Below are positions 12,205-25,687 of a stretch of 62,485 nucleotides of DNA, in pieces. The notes beneath the pieces were generated by a model that made no database searches, had not been told where the DNA came from, and saw only the letters and a program-made list of their open reading frames with translations. Location: NCBI RefSeq assembly GCF_041956535.1, contig NW_027192211.1, positions 10,181-72,665 on the forward strand, given 5' to 3'. The position numbers and the translations under genes were made by a program. Position 1 is the first letter of the stretch. Each line of letters begins with the position of its first letter. The DNA is from Calcarisporiella thermophila CBS 279.70. Lineage: Eukaryota; Fungi; Calcarisporiellomycota.

Positions 12205-14570
12205 ATGACCGAAGCATATAATCTCAACGAACTCAAGGAGTTCGCTAGCCGAGGTTGGCAGAAGCAAATATTGGCTGTCCTCTAATTCTCACTAAGTGAG
12301 GTTGCATCCCTATGCTTATTAGGCGGGATAGGCGCGTGTATAGCGAAAAAAAATGTGCTTGCTCAAGAGAATGACGAGCTTATGTTTCTGACAGGTAATT
12401 CAGACGAAGTGTTTCGTAGTCGCCTCTAGTGAATTAGCTAAACTTTTCCTCCTGCATCGAACGTAGGCGAAAAAATCACGGTTTTGGAGCATATAGCAAA
12501 CGATATTTATCTTGTAAGTTGCGGTAGCTGATAGCTTTCTATCAATAATAGCAACAGAGGAAGAAGAGATATATTTCTCACACCTTTCACCTCTATGGCT
12601 TAGGGATATTGTGAAGGTGTAATCGGTCGTTTCTCAGCAAGCCAAGTTTACTTCATCGAGCTTGATCCTCAAGTATTAAAGTCGCTACATGCATGGCACT
12701 CTGTGGGTGCCCGTGAGAAGGCCCTTGACTCTTCAGATTCCGAATCGGAACCCTCGTCAAATATTCCCCCTCCCCCTTTGCGGCGCCCCCCACAACCTCC
12801 GGCGGCAATAGCCTCAAAATTAGACGTAGACAAGGAACTGCCGACCCCTCCCCCGGCTATCTCTCCCTCGCCGTTACCTCGAACTCACGGACGTGAAATT
12901 ACAGAAAATCCGCGTAGTTCAACGTTGTCAAATCCACTGCCAAAGCGACTAAGTCTATTTGGGAACACCACGAGTGAGGCAACTGCGACTAGGGGTGAAA
13001 AGGCTAGAGGGGAAGAAACCAAAAAGAGAGCCTCGTCTCTATCACCCTCCACTACATCGAGCCAAGGATCTATATTTTGCTCACGCACCGTTACCTTCTC
13101 ATCGGGAGATGTATACGGCAGTTGTGCACCCCCTTCAAAGATGCCACTACAAGACCCTAAATTCGAACCCAAACGCTCCTCCAAGCATCTCTCCAGTGTT
13201 TCCTCTAGCACTGCCACCACCATGGTTAACATTCCTTCCTCACACTCATCACGACATACCAGTTGGCGCTCTTCACGACAAGTACCTACCTCTCCCCTTA
13301 TGCCATCTTCTCCACCACCTCCTTCACTTTCTTCTACCTCCTCCTCTTCAACTTCCTCTCAAGAAGATATCCTACTTGATACAACGATTTTAAAGTCACT
13401 GATTTCCAAATCACGGGTTCGTCCCTCCAATATCCGTTCTATCGATTCACCGCTTCCACCTTCAAACTCGCCATGGACAACCAATGAAGGCTATCTACGC
13501 TATCGCAAGATCACAAACCCAATAAAAGCTGAAAAGATACCGCTGTCTCCATCGATAGGACCTACGCGTTTGATGACAGAGAATCAGAGGATGAAGAAGG
13601 TGCAAAGAAAGAGGAAGATCAAGAGTAGCCCACCTGGAAAACTGCCTTCGCCTCCAACCACCCCCTCGACGCGCACCTCAGTTGACGAGGGAGTAGGATC
13701 GTGTTCAGAGAATACTGAAGCAGACATAGGTAATTATTGCTCTCGAAGTCGTTACAGCCATGTTACACTTTCTTGATAGCTTTTCTCATAATCTTTCATT
13801 ACTTAGAGAACCGTCTTTCATTCCTCAGCTTCTCATCATTTGATTTAGAGAAAAATCCGGCCAAGGAGAGTCTAGGAATTTTAGAAATTAGCGAACCACT
13901 GATTTCCACTAAAGCTGCTAGTTCTGCCGCGGCCGCTCCTACCCCAACAACCGCAGCTTCAGCATTTTCAAACCCCGCAAACAACACCTCCATATCCACC
14001 TATTCGGATGAGGAGGATAATACGCCCACTCCCCGTGTATCATTTGACCTACATAGAGGTCTTTCTGATATCAATCTCGAGTTCGATGACTTGGACACCT
14101 CTCTGATCCCTAGTTCATGGCAACAATTGCATCCAGAGGTACCACTGCGGCCAGAGACACCCACCCCAAGTTCTCGCACTTCACGGAGCAGTGATGGGAT
14201 GCAGGTAGGCAGAGGTAATTGGGAGAGCGAAGATGAGGCAGAAAATGAAAGAGCAAATGCCGAGGCGGAAAGCAAACTTCGAAGATGGAGTCGACGGTTG
14301 ATGCTCTTTGGTGCAAGATCACCTCAGCACACGGTAGGTGATTACCGTTTGGATGAGGCTGCCGGGGAAATGCAAGACGGCTACGGGATAAGGAGAAATC
14401 CATCTGGAATCCAAGCCGGGCAAACTATTGTCGAGGCTAAGGATGGAGAGTTTATAGGACAGGATCCTATGCTCGAGGAGTTAAGAAGGATGTTAAGACC
14501 AAAGGAGGATGCGTACGAGCGTGTTGCCCACGAAATGCGTTATCTAGGAATGTTATTACATCAAATATAA
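12205..14570 (+). CDS. SH3-domain protein with long Pro/Ser-rich disordered region; about 5 exons
   Basis: Manual splicing (introns ~12240-12296, 12394-12467, 12514-12603, 13730-13806) gives MTEAYNLNELKDEVASLCLLGGIGACIAKKNVLAQENDELMFLTGEKITVLEHIANDIYLGYCEGVIGRFSASQVYF (SH3-like), in frame with ORFs 12703.. and 13737.. Confidence 0.8.
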
Positions 14571-16190
14571 GGTACCGGTATACCTTAGCTTGGCATTGTG
14601 TCTATTGTGCTATGACTGCAAATCATTTTTATGAGGTTAAATTGGGTCATATTTCCATGAAAATGAATATGAATTTAAATAAATAATGTTAAATTATGAA
14701 AATTTTATATTCTTATGTGCAGTGTTCTGAAAAGACATTAGGGACTTGGTCATTTATTAACTTAGAGAGTGAATGGATATGAGCCATGTACAAAGGCAGC
14801 TTTGCACTCAAACCCCTATTTCCTCCATCCAAATATGGGCGAAGAGTCAAGTAGGGTAACAAAGAGGTTTAAAAGAGTGTTAAAAATATCAAAACTCTTT
14901 CCTACTCTACTTACGACTTTACCTCTGCTTAAGTTTAACTTATCCTGCGATATAAACGATAGCCAATGTAAAAGTCATTAATCAATCCATTTCTTACGGT
15001 ACACCAGAATGTCGTGTTATAGGTTTGCTAATCAAATGGTATATCTATTCATTTTACCATCAAGTATTCACCCGGTGCTTTATAATTTTTAGTTTAGCAT
15101 GGGTAAATTCTGGACAGAGTGAAAATATTTAGTTAGCATTAAAAGCTAGAACTCTTTACAGACGGCTAAATAAGATAAACATTCCCTAGATTTAACTGGG
15201 CTTTTGTTTTGCAATGATGGTGTAAGTGCTTTAGGACACTCAAGCAATAAAGTAGAGTGCTCGAGGAGCCGAATTCGTATCCATTCCACGAAGATATCGC
15301 GGCAGCATCCTTAGTTTGATTGCTTGTCAAAGCTGTTTTTTAAAAGCACTTCAGTACGAATAGGGAAATGTTCCATACTATAATAGGCTAGTTTCAGAGA
15401 GAGGGGGAGGGGTTGGCAGACTAGAAGCTTTCCTCCTGTTATATCAGTATGTTTGTTTTGTTAGATGTGGTTCGTTGTAATTAGAACAATGTATCTAAGA
15501 TCTGTGTAATCCACTATGCTTTTTTGTTATTTATTCACCCGTTGAACAATTACCTTTCCATTCTCCGTCTCGCAATAGAGTAATGGTCTTTAATCCTAGA
15601 CGGACAACAGAGTCACATAACCCATTCCCAAGATTATAGTTGTGCACGCTTGTACAGGAGAGGCGACATAAGCATAGGGACGCCTCCTTAGCATTGCGCC
15701 CAATGTTGGATGCGACGCAGGCATAGCCATTTCATCTCAGCTTGTTTGTACACGGTGTAGGATGAACTGAATTCAAAAGTGTGGCACGGAGTTTGAAGAG
15801 AGGAATGCGTAGTTATGAGAGCCCAATTCTATTCGCGGGCCAGCTTATTTATGCCATTTAATATAGGGCCACCGTAGGCAGGGTCCGAGCTCTCATCTCT
15901 TCATCTCTTCTTCTCCAAGGCTTCGCCCATTCCATCCCACTACTAATTTACGCGCTCTTCTCAGCCCAAGGAGTATTGGCAAGTATCCCTACTGATTGCA
16001 GAGAAATTGCACCTTATTTCCATTTCAGGAGATATAAAGAGGCCACAATGATAAGCTTAAATTTTTTAGCTTGCATGTTCCGAGGAGGTGCAAAACACCG
16101 CAGAGTCGAGTGTTATTTAAGAAAGTGCAAAAAACAAAGAACTTGCTTCTTAATCGACCCAATACACCGAATCGTGCTCATCAATGCCAA

Positions 16191-17492
16191 ATGGTGACAA
16201 GCCTTCTCTCCAAGAAGACAGTTGGCCTCGAAATCCATTGCCCAGATAACCTCGTTTTCGAGGGCGAAGAGATAAGGCGTCGCAGACGATTGAGTGGCAA
16301 AATACGCGTGGAAACAGCCAAGCCATTGCAAGAAGTGTTTGTCTCGCTTTCCTTCAAGGGCATTTGCACTATCCGCGTCCCAGATGTTGGCGGGCATTTT
16401 TTGCTTACCGATACATCAGGGAAAGGCGAAGCTACCCAGGTGCTAAAGCAGTCTAGAATATTCCTGATGAAAGAAGGATTGTTGGCGGAAGTAAGTCATC
16501 TGCAATTACCTCATTCTAGATGATATGATGATTCAGCTTAGATATGCTAACCGTTGCTCTTTTTCTTACCCGCTCTGTCCTGCGTCTTAGGGCATGACTG
16601 ATTTGTTTTTTGAACTCTCAATACCAGGCGACGTCCCACCCTCATTTTCTCACCCCAAAGGCTCCGTTACTTATACTCTTTCGGCAAAGCTAATCCACAG
16701 AGGATTCACCTCGACTACGGCGTGTGCAAAAAAACAGCTTACCATCGAGCATCATTTTGTCCCGCGTCACTACGGCCTTGACCACACCCATGTGCCTGAG
16801 GTATGCTACCGCGGGATGCGTGCTGCAACAAGATTGACTTACGAAGTATGTGCTCCAAGATGGGTGGATACAGCAAGCGGACTTTTGCCAATTGTGGGAA
16901 GAATTTCGCCAGAAGAGAGAGTAAGACACATTAGTGCGCGCCTTATTCAAGAAGAAGCTTTCAGGTAGAAGTAATTTTCCTCTACTGCATGGTCGGGATG
17001 TCTAACTTTGTTAATACGGGATTTAGTTTCCCAAACAGCGCCGCCAAAGACATAGGTGATCCCATGGCACTTGCACTCGCAAGCATCCCTCATATTGATC
17101 GTATCCCGATTTCCTCCCAAACTCTTCACTCTCACTCCTCGTCGGTAAATCTTTCTTTCCTCCTCAAACACCCAGCCCTTCGCCCCCAATACAAGAGTCC
17201 CCTTATTCGCATTGAGCATTTCCTCGAACTTGAGATTCACCTGACAAAAGAGCCCATTTTACGACTACGTCTACCCCTGACGCTGGTGGCGGGTCCGCCA
17301 GCGTCCAACGAAACAGAGAATGAGAACGGCAACCCACCCCCATATCAGCTTGCTGTGAGAGATCACCCACCCTATTACCAGGATGGAATCAACCTAGGAA
17401 ATGGCGAAACACGCATGGTGGTTCTGGTTGAGGAAGAGTCGCGGGGTCGGCAGGAAAAGAGAAACCTGATAACCTTGCTAATGCAGCTCTAA
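16191..17492 (+). CDS. Alpha-arrestin (ART-like ubiquitin-ligase adaptor); 3 exons
   Basis: Arrestin_N-like LSGKIRVETAKP..VSLSFKG; FELSIPGDVPPSFSHPKGSVTYTLSA; Arrestin_C-like PQYKSPLIRIEHFLELEI; C-terminal PPPY; introns ~16491-16590 and 16965-17038. Confidence 0.85.
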
Positions 17493-17885
17493 AGAGATGG
17501 ATGCCGAATGAAATTCACCTCGCCTTCCTGATATAATAAGAAAGCTTGCATAATTACTGTTAATATATTTTCCAAGTAAAAGGTGGTCCTTGTTTTCATT
17601 TTTCAAGGCCACATCATGTTTTCTGTGTATTTATTTTTTGTTGCGCTTTCTTGTTTTCTTGCTACATTATTGTTATTTGCACGCAGTTTGGATATATTCC
17701 CTGTTTTATAATTACGAGATAATGGAACAGTTTCCCAAGCAAATAAGCCTAATTAAGTTAGTAGTAAAATGAGTTGGGGATCTCCTCTACCAGCCCCATA
17801 TCTAAAAGCTAAGTAACATAAATATATAAATGCTAGATAGAAAAAAAATAATACATTCAGATATCATCCATAGGTGCCCATTAGC

Positions 17886-19866
17886 TTATGTGATATAACG
17901 GAAATCTGGGTGCCAATCGCACAGTTCCTCGCCCTGCGCTTCCCGCTCATACTCCTCCGGTGTTAGCTGGTCTCGTCGCCTATTCTCTCTTCTGAGAAGA
18001 TACTTGAAAAGGCAACAAAGTACAAATGCCGCGAACAAGCAGCTCATGCAGATAATGTGTCCTCGAATATATCCGTTCTGACGGTCGTCTTCACGATAGA
18101 TTTGCCCGCCAATGGCGCCGCCCACATTGCCAAAGGCAATGATGGCAGCGGAAGCCACCGCACGCTTTGTATGGCCTCCAATGTTACAGGTAAACCAGGA
18201 AAGCATAGCAGGAACGGTTGAGAAAACTCCGGTAGTTGTGATAATAGCAGCAACATACTGGGCCGCGGCTCCGTAAGGTCGAAGAGCTACCAAAAGAATG
18301 TATCCTAAAATGGAAATAAGGGGTTAGGTATAGGATATGAGACCCTTGATACTTGAGGAATTCCTTACCAATACACCCGACGAGAGCAGGAATCCCCATA
18401 TGCAAGCCACGCTCGCTTCGCTTATCCGAAGACATGGCCACAAGAATACAGAAGAAGCAAGCAATGGCATACTATTGCGAACATGGATAACTGGTTCATA
18501 AAATCATTCTATTTCACGAAGGCGCAAGAAAAAAAGGTATCGTTACCGGAGGGGCAGACATCAGCTGTGCTGTCAATTTATCCTTATATCCTAGTTCATT
18601 AATGATGCTGGGCAAGAAGAGAGACAGGGAATACAATGGGGTACTTGTAGTGATGTATACTGCCATGTGCATTGGAACTTTCCAATCACGTAGCACCATG
18701 AAACACTGATTCCAAGAAAAGTGCTGCTGGGATGCTGCACCAGCGTCCTTTTTCAGGCGCGCTACACACAAACTGCGTTCACGTTCGTTGAGGAAAGGGG
18801 AGTTTTCGGGGAAATCTATTGCAATAAATGGATTAGTTTCATCCCGGAAGCTTGCGAGAGGAGTTGAGTAGAATTATAAACGTACCTGGCAGGTAAAAGT
18901 AAGATATAAAAGCCACGATTACTGTTGGTAGACCTTCAAGAATAAATAGCCTAAAGACGTAGATGAAATGAAATCAGTTTAATTCTTGAGCAAGACTAGG
19001 TATCTAGTACACTTACCACTGCCATCCTTTCAGCCCCTGTATCCCGGACATTTGTATAATCCCGTAAGCAAGCACACCCCCAAATGCTCCTGAGACTGTG
19101 GCTGCAGCGAAAAATAATGCCATTCGACTTGTCTGCTCATTTCGTGTGTACCTAAAGTGTAAAGCGCTTACATTATAAAAACAAAACATTTGGAATTCGA
19201 TATATATTTGACACTTGCCATAACGATAGATAGAACACTATTCCAGGGAACAAGCCAGCTTCCGTCACACCGAGGAAAAACCGAGCAATCAACAACCCTG
19301 CGGTACTATGAACCGCAGCCATTGCCATCATGACTGTACCCCACAATATCATGACAATGGGTAGCCAGCTAGAGAAATATTAGGTTACAAATGGCGGGGG
19401 AGGGGGATGGGTGAATGTACTAATACACTTACCGACGAGGTCCGATTAATTTTAGAATAACGTTGGAGGGCACCTCGAAAATGATATAGCCGATGAAGAA
19501 AATTGAAAGAGCCCAGTTAAACTCGGCAGGTGTTGTGCCGATATCCTTCTCTATACTATCAAGCTTTGCATTTCCTGCAATGAACATGAAAATAAGTATG
19601 TTATGGTCGGTAGCGCATTGACGTAATCTTGAATTATTACCCAAGTTGATTCGATCCAAGAAAGAAAGTAAGTAGAGTAAGGCCTATGGAGCGATGCGTA
19701 AGTCACTCATGGAACAAAGAAGAATTTACGCATGGTTGCATACCAGGAATGGGATTAAGCGCAAATCGAGCTTGCGCACGAGGCGGCGCTCCTCATTCTT
19801 CGACTCGAAGATCGCAGTTGTGTCGACTTTCTCCTCGTCGATATAGCTTGTGTTCTTTTCTGTCAT
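17886..19866 (-). CDS. MFS transporter, allantoate permease/ACS family (Dal5/Tna1-like); multi-exon
   Basis: EERRLVRKLDLRLIPFL; YLLSFLDRINLGNAKL; FFIGYIIFEVPSN; ARFFLGVTEAGLFPG; GWQWLFILEGLPT; NIGGHTKRAVA; C-terminal HPDFRY. Confidence 0.95.
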
Positions 19867-20363
19867 GACAGTGTGTGAAAGCAGGGTCAGGGGGGGAGGT
19901 GGGGAGAGGATATAAGGGAATCTTATTTTAAACTCCTCCCGAGATTTACACATTGTTATTCATCGTATAATCAGAGGCAAAGCAACAAGGGCAGAAATGC
20001 CGTCCCCGGCCGGATGCTAGCCAGGATTTGCCTCTCCCGGTTTCGCTTGCGGGCCGGGGTGTGCTCAACCGAGACGCACCTCTGCTACCATCATTAGTAG
20101 ATGGCCGAATGCGTCAATGGCTAGCTCGATAGGCCGCATAAAAGGGGTCCCGTTTGAATGAAATAAGTTACCATGAGGCACGTGAACATCCTGCGGAAAA
20201 ACTCCGCGTGGCCTAATGTAGTACACATAAGCCTTGATCACTTATGATAAGTGAGCTTGATTATCAAAAGAGAGCACATTCATTATGAATAAAAAAAGCA
20301 ACAGATATTATCGAAATATAACAAGCTTAGTTCCAATGCTCCGAGTGAGCATTCGCCACCCAG

Positions 20364-21406
20364 CTATGTCCTCTTCAGGTCTTTCCCGAGTTTATAGAAC
20401 CCGCTCGCCCCGCCTGGAAAACCTTGGTATGGGTGCCTTAGGGCAAACTCCGGCATAAAAGGTGCCATCCCAGGCAAGAATGGCATCTGGGGGGGTGGCA
20501 CCTCCGGTAATACCGGGGGTTCACCTGGTGGCTGCACTGGGACGGGAGGCTTCGCGGAAGCCTCGGCCACCAACCAAAGCTGCCGCTTGTGACTATAAGA
20601 CCAGATGATAGCAGCCCAATATAGCTGTTGGACAAGGTTAGAAGAAATGTCCATTCACACAGCATCATCTCAGTGGAAATCTTGCTTATAGGGCGAGAAA
20701 ATCATTACTCACATAAAACACAAAGAACGTCCCAAATGCCAGGCTCGAAAATTTAACCTCGTCCACCCACAGCCGGCCACAGTTGAACGTATCGACGGGG
20801 GTCGAGAAGGTCACTTCCGTGGCGAGGATCCCATTCTCATAGGCTGTGTGAAAATTCTCCTGGATGACGGAGCGCGCATCCTCCACGCAAGAGCGCATAA
20901 AGTCCTCCCGGTTGCGCAGGAAAAGGACCTGATTAATAAAGGAAACGAGAAGAAAGAGCCCAACCATGGACCACGCTCCGTGTGAAAAGGACCGGACAAA
21001 GATTGGAGAATTCTGAGCCTGGTATTAGCCAAGTTAAGCAGGAGAAAATGAGCAGAGCAACTTACCACTAGGAGCGCAAAGACCCCGAATATGCACACGA
21101 AAAAGAATAACAAATTTATCACCCCAAAAACTACTATTGCGGAGGTGTAAAAATAGGAGTAGAAAGCTAATAAAGTACATGTTTGATGAAAATGCCGCGT
21201 CTATAATATTCCACTTCATTAACATACGACTTATCCGCATGAACGACAGTGAGCAAAACCACAGGCTTATCGTCTATTTTACATATTAATTAGATTAAAC
21301 TGCAATTCATCAGATTCCTCGGTTCATCTCTACTCACGGCCCATACGAAACAAATGAAGATTGAGCCCGCGCGAAGGTGCATACACCCACAGCACTTGAG
21401 CAACAT
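20364..21406 (-). CDS. Four-TM membrane protein with N-terminal CCGC motif and Pro-rich tail (LAPTM/tetraspanin-like); multi-exon
   Basis: MLLKCCGCMHLRAGSIFICFVWA; hydrophobic exons separated by GT-AG introns; Cys pair in the large loop (FMRSC..FNC); QLYWAAIIWSY then Pro-rich tail. Confidence 0.7.
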
Positions 21407-22097
21407 AATATTTTGGACATGGTAGAGACTATTCACTTGCTTGGTCACGGGATTGTGGATGAAGCCGAATATGGGGGCTGATGGAGACATTCTCAACTCT
21501 AATGTCCCTATTAGTAGTATGTGGATGAATTTTGACAGAACGCGTTCGTCTGACCCTCTTGTTCGAGTTAGAGGTTTGGATATAAGTTGGAAGCGTGGAA
21601 TATGTGGAAATTGCTAATGATAATTTAAACCAAAGTTAATAAATAGTTACTTCATTGAAAGAAGTTTACGCGTGTTTGCTTATGTTTACGAAGAGTTTAA
21701 TCGAGAGGGTTTTACAGGAGATTATATATCATCTAGTTACAGGTTTTTCCAGCAAAGTTCAGTGATGTTTTAATACAACTCAGAAACGGAAGCGCGGCAG
21801 CCAATCATTAAAGTCGTCCAAAAACAATAATTGCTGGGTGGCTAAGTAATCGACTTAAACTGCCGGAAATGAACACTAGTGCCAAGCGGGCGGGACCTAT
21901 TTTAGCTGGCATCGTGTAAGAAGTATTTATAGTACTTAGACATGCCAAGTTGGGGGGTGGCAATTGAAGCCTTTATCCGTTTTGTCTCCCTCAATTAGTC
22001 TATGTTCCAGATTATTGTGGCGATAAATAAAATATACGACTTATATTATGCAAACACATGATAAAAGTAAAGCATATCCCTCCCATATTCTATTTAG

Positions 22098-23372
22098 TTA
22101 CATCCTTTTGGCCTTTCGCTTCGCATCCCCTCCGACCCCGCTGGACGATTTATTAACCGCTCGCCCATACTTCTTAAGAACTCTTTCTTCCACCCCAGTC
22201 AATATCCACTCATGAGGTGTCAACTCCAAGTTCTCTTTTTCAGCATTGAAAATCTTGGGCATGTCTTGAGGTTGCCCCGGAGCAGCCTGTCCTCCTGGGC
22301 TGGCGCCAGCCATCATACCCATAGAGCCCATTGCTTGCATATCTCGCATACCATCGGCCGCTAAATGCAGAGGAGAGCCCATGAGCATTTGCAACCCTTC
22401 ATTAAAAGGTTCTGCTTTTACCATTTTCTTCCCCAAGGATCATAGAAAATACACCCCTCAGCCCAAAAAGATTGAGGAAATACCAAGAAAGAGACGAAAC
22501 CCACGTCACATCCATATCTGCAGTCTCAATCCCACGTTGTAACATGCCCTTGAAGCGCACCGTCAAAGGAAAAGGAAGTTTAACTAGATTCACAATACAA
22601 TATCAATCAATACCGTCTCGCTGAATTCCTCATTCCTCCATTCTTTGAATGCGGAAGAACAATGCAACGGTAAACTTACTCAAGACAAACCCTGAAAAGA
22701 AGAAATTAATCCACCCCATAATCAATGTTTGCGGTATAATCATGGCCATATTTTTCTTCATCCCCTCCATCATCATTTCCATATTTTGCGGATCGGCCAT
22801 TGGATTGGCAGCCCCTTGTGAAGCGGCTTCTGGGTTCTTTAAGTAAGTGCCTTTTGCATATTCATCGCACAAGTAGCGGCGACGCGCATGAAATGAGGCA
22901 GGAGGAATATTATCTCCAGATTGCCGAAGGATCATACCGCGCAAAAGGGCTTTGCTAGAAAGGGTGGTAAAAAGAATTTGTGGATTATTAACCATCTAGT
23001 TGAACAAAGATAGAGACAGTAGAAAGCATACGTTTCTCTGACAGCTTTTAGATTGGAACTCTTTTGTTCTCCCCCGAGCAAAATCGTGATTTGGTGACGC
23101 AGGACCCCGACGAGAACCATGACAATCATGATAGGAATTAAAACCCAATTTCTAATGGCTTTTAGAACATGTGATTGCAACATAAACATTAGCCTCTGTA
23201 TATAAAAGCATCTTGTAATTTATAAAGAGCCATTTACCGGGATCTAAGAGCATTGTTTGACTTCAAATAAAAAAAAAATAGAAGAGAAAACCAAGGTAGA
23301 ATTCAGTTGAAAGCTCGTCCTCTTCGCAATGTTCTCTAGAAATTTTATTTACCCGTCTTGGAGTAACGCCAT
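22098..23372 (-). CDS. EMC3: ER membrane protein complex subunit 3; multi-exon
   Basis: [26 protein letters not shown]; [17 protein letters not shown]; [18 protein letters not shown]; [18 protein letters not shown]; FNAEKENL. Confidence 0.96.
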
Positions 23373-23938
23373 GGTGCTCATCTTGAATAAGAATTAATCG
23401 CTCCAGGGCAAACAGACAAATTCGCTGTCCAATTTTTCAATGTCACGTTAATAATTTTGGTCGATATTTTTGATTTCCGGATTCTATTAACTAGTCTACC
23501 CCGTTCGAAATTAAACATCATACACTAATAAGCTTATCAGAAGTTTATATATTTCACAGATGGTGTAAATTGCTCAGGGGAGATATATTATTGTGTAATG
23601 ATAGTCCTAAGGGTACATCTTCAACTGTCTTTTGGTATATTTGCAAAACAGAAGAATACACCGTCTAGAAGTTATCTTGAAGTAGGATACCTCTTGTTCC
23701 ATAAAATTTGCTCCCTTCTTCAATGCTACCTTCCACTATGAGTAGAAAACGTGACAGCTATGATTATCCTCATATATATTTCGTAAAGATTTGAAAGAAT
23801 TAGACTGTTATTAATATGCTCTAGTAAATGCGGTTAAAAATATGAAGGATTTTGTTGCAATCAATGTATGAGTGGTAGAGTGGAAGAGAAAAATGAAAAA
23901 GAAACAGGAAAGCACATCAGGAGAGAAAAGCTGATGGT

Positions 23939-24988
23939 CTATAAAGCATCTCGGTTCTTTTTCAACAATCTTTTCAGTGCAATTCCTACCGTGCTTCCGA
24001 CTATGAATACTGCACCCAGTATTCTGAGGGGAGTTGGTGCGTCGTTAAATAGAAATATATCAAATAGAAATGCATACAACACGTCGCTTAATCCTATAAT
24101 CAGAGCGGGACCGGCAGGGGCTAATTGCATGCCAAGGTTCCATTGACATTGGCCGAGAAATGCAAATATTCCAATAGATAATAGTACTATCCAATCACTT
24201 CCATGGGGCATCCTGATGTCTTCCCAGAACATGGCCACGCTGGAAAAGATGGTGCTCACGATGCCAAAGTTAAACACGTGCACGAGAAAGTGCACACTTG
24301 TACCCATTTTGCGGACAATGACACAGGCAATAGAGGAAAGAAAGGCTGCGAGAATGCCACATAGTATCGGGAAAGCTCGTGTGGGGGCGAGTCCTTCATC
24401 GGGAGATGGGCCGTATCTATTTGAAACAAGAAACACTCCGGCTAACGCTATTAAAGCGGCACAGGCGTCGAATAGTAAGAATTCTTCGCCCAGAAAGATG
24501 CGAGCAAGAATCGAAGCAAAGATGGGATTGAGGAAAAAAAGGACTAAAATAGGAAGACATTAACGTCTACTATCAAGTTGCAATGGTTCTGTATAAAATA
24601 TGATCTAGTTACCCGTGGCAACAGAAATGGGTAACTTCGTTATGGAGTAAAAGAAGAAAGCGAGGGCAACGCTTCCTGTTAGCGCCCGATAAAAAATCAG
24701 CGATCTCTGGCCCGATTTTCCAAATGGATTGAGTCGTAAGCTAGCGCATCCCAGGAGCCCTAGAATCATTTGGCACAAGGAGCGAAAAAATACAATTTCC
24801 ATCGACTCGAATCGCTTAGCGGCGAGCTTGACGAACAAGGATACTAAAGCGAAGCAAATTGCGCCACTTGCCATGACAAGGAATCCGAGCAATTCTCGCT
24901 TCCGTTCTTGATCTGGCGAGCATCTCTTCGGTGGATTGAGGAGCGGGGCCGCCTCACTTGGAACTTGCTCTTGGTCCGTCGGATTCAT
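23939..24988 (-). CDS. EamA/DMT-family (drug/metabolite) transporter; 2 exons
   Basis: SLFVKLAAKRFESMEIVFFRS; FFFYSITKLPISVAT|VLFFLNPIFASILARIFLGE; second EamA repeat ..LQLAPAG-like (MQLAPAGP)..FLFNDAPTPLRILGAVFI; intron ~24546-24610. Confidence 0.92.
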
Positions 24989-25687
24989 TCTCGACCTACC
25001 CCAGGGAATTTAGCAAAAAGGCGGAAGAACAGAGGGGAAAGTAGGTACAAGAGCTGACTAATAATCGGCCCCACACATGTTTGGAATCCGATACTCCAGG
25101 TTGCAGTCGAGAACTGATTTCAGAGGCCGAGCAATCCTGCCAATCTAACCCTAGATAAACCTAAATTCCAAGTAGGATGTGAGCCTCGAGACCCCTACTT
25201 CCGTTTCAATTTTATTTGCTTGATGAGATTGAGCAGAGGGGAAACTCGAACCATTGTGTGCGGCATTAGATTGAGGGGCCAGGCCTGGTTGCGCAAGCTG
25301 CGGGATACATTCGCCCACTAAAACACATTTGCTGTAGGCGGAGAGCCATATTATGCAGTGTTCTGGCTGCAAACATAGCCCGAATTGTTATGCGCCGGAG
25401 CTTTAGAAGAGCCGAAGCGAGCGCCTTCACGATATCAAATCGATGCCGCTTCCTAGGTCACGGATATAGAAACATGCATGTATAGCCGCGCCTATGGTGC
25501 GGTGGAGTTGTAGGGCGAGTAAGCCGAAGTAGTTGCCATTTGTAAACTTGTTTTCAACTTAAATGGTTGGCAAAGTTAACCTTCAAGTTTATAATAACAT
25601 GCATGAATGAACAAGGATAGCCCATAGATGAAAGAAACGCAAAACATAAAAAGCAGCCCACTAGGGGGGAGGGGAGGAGGGGAATGC

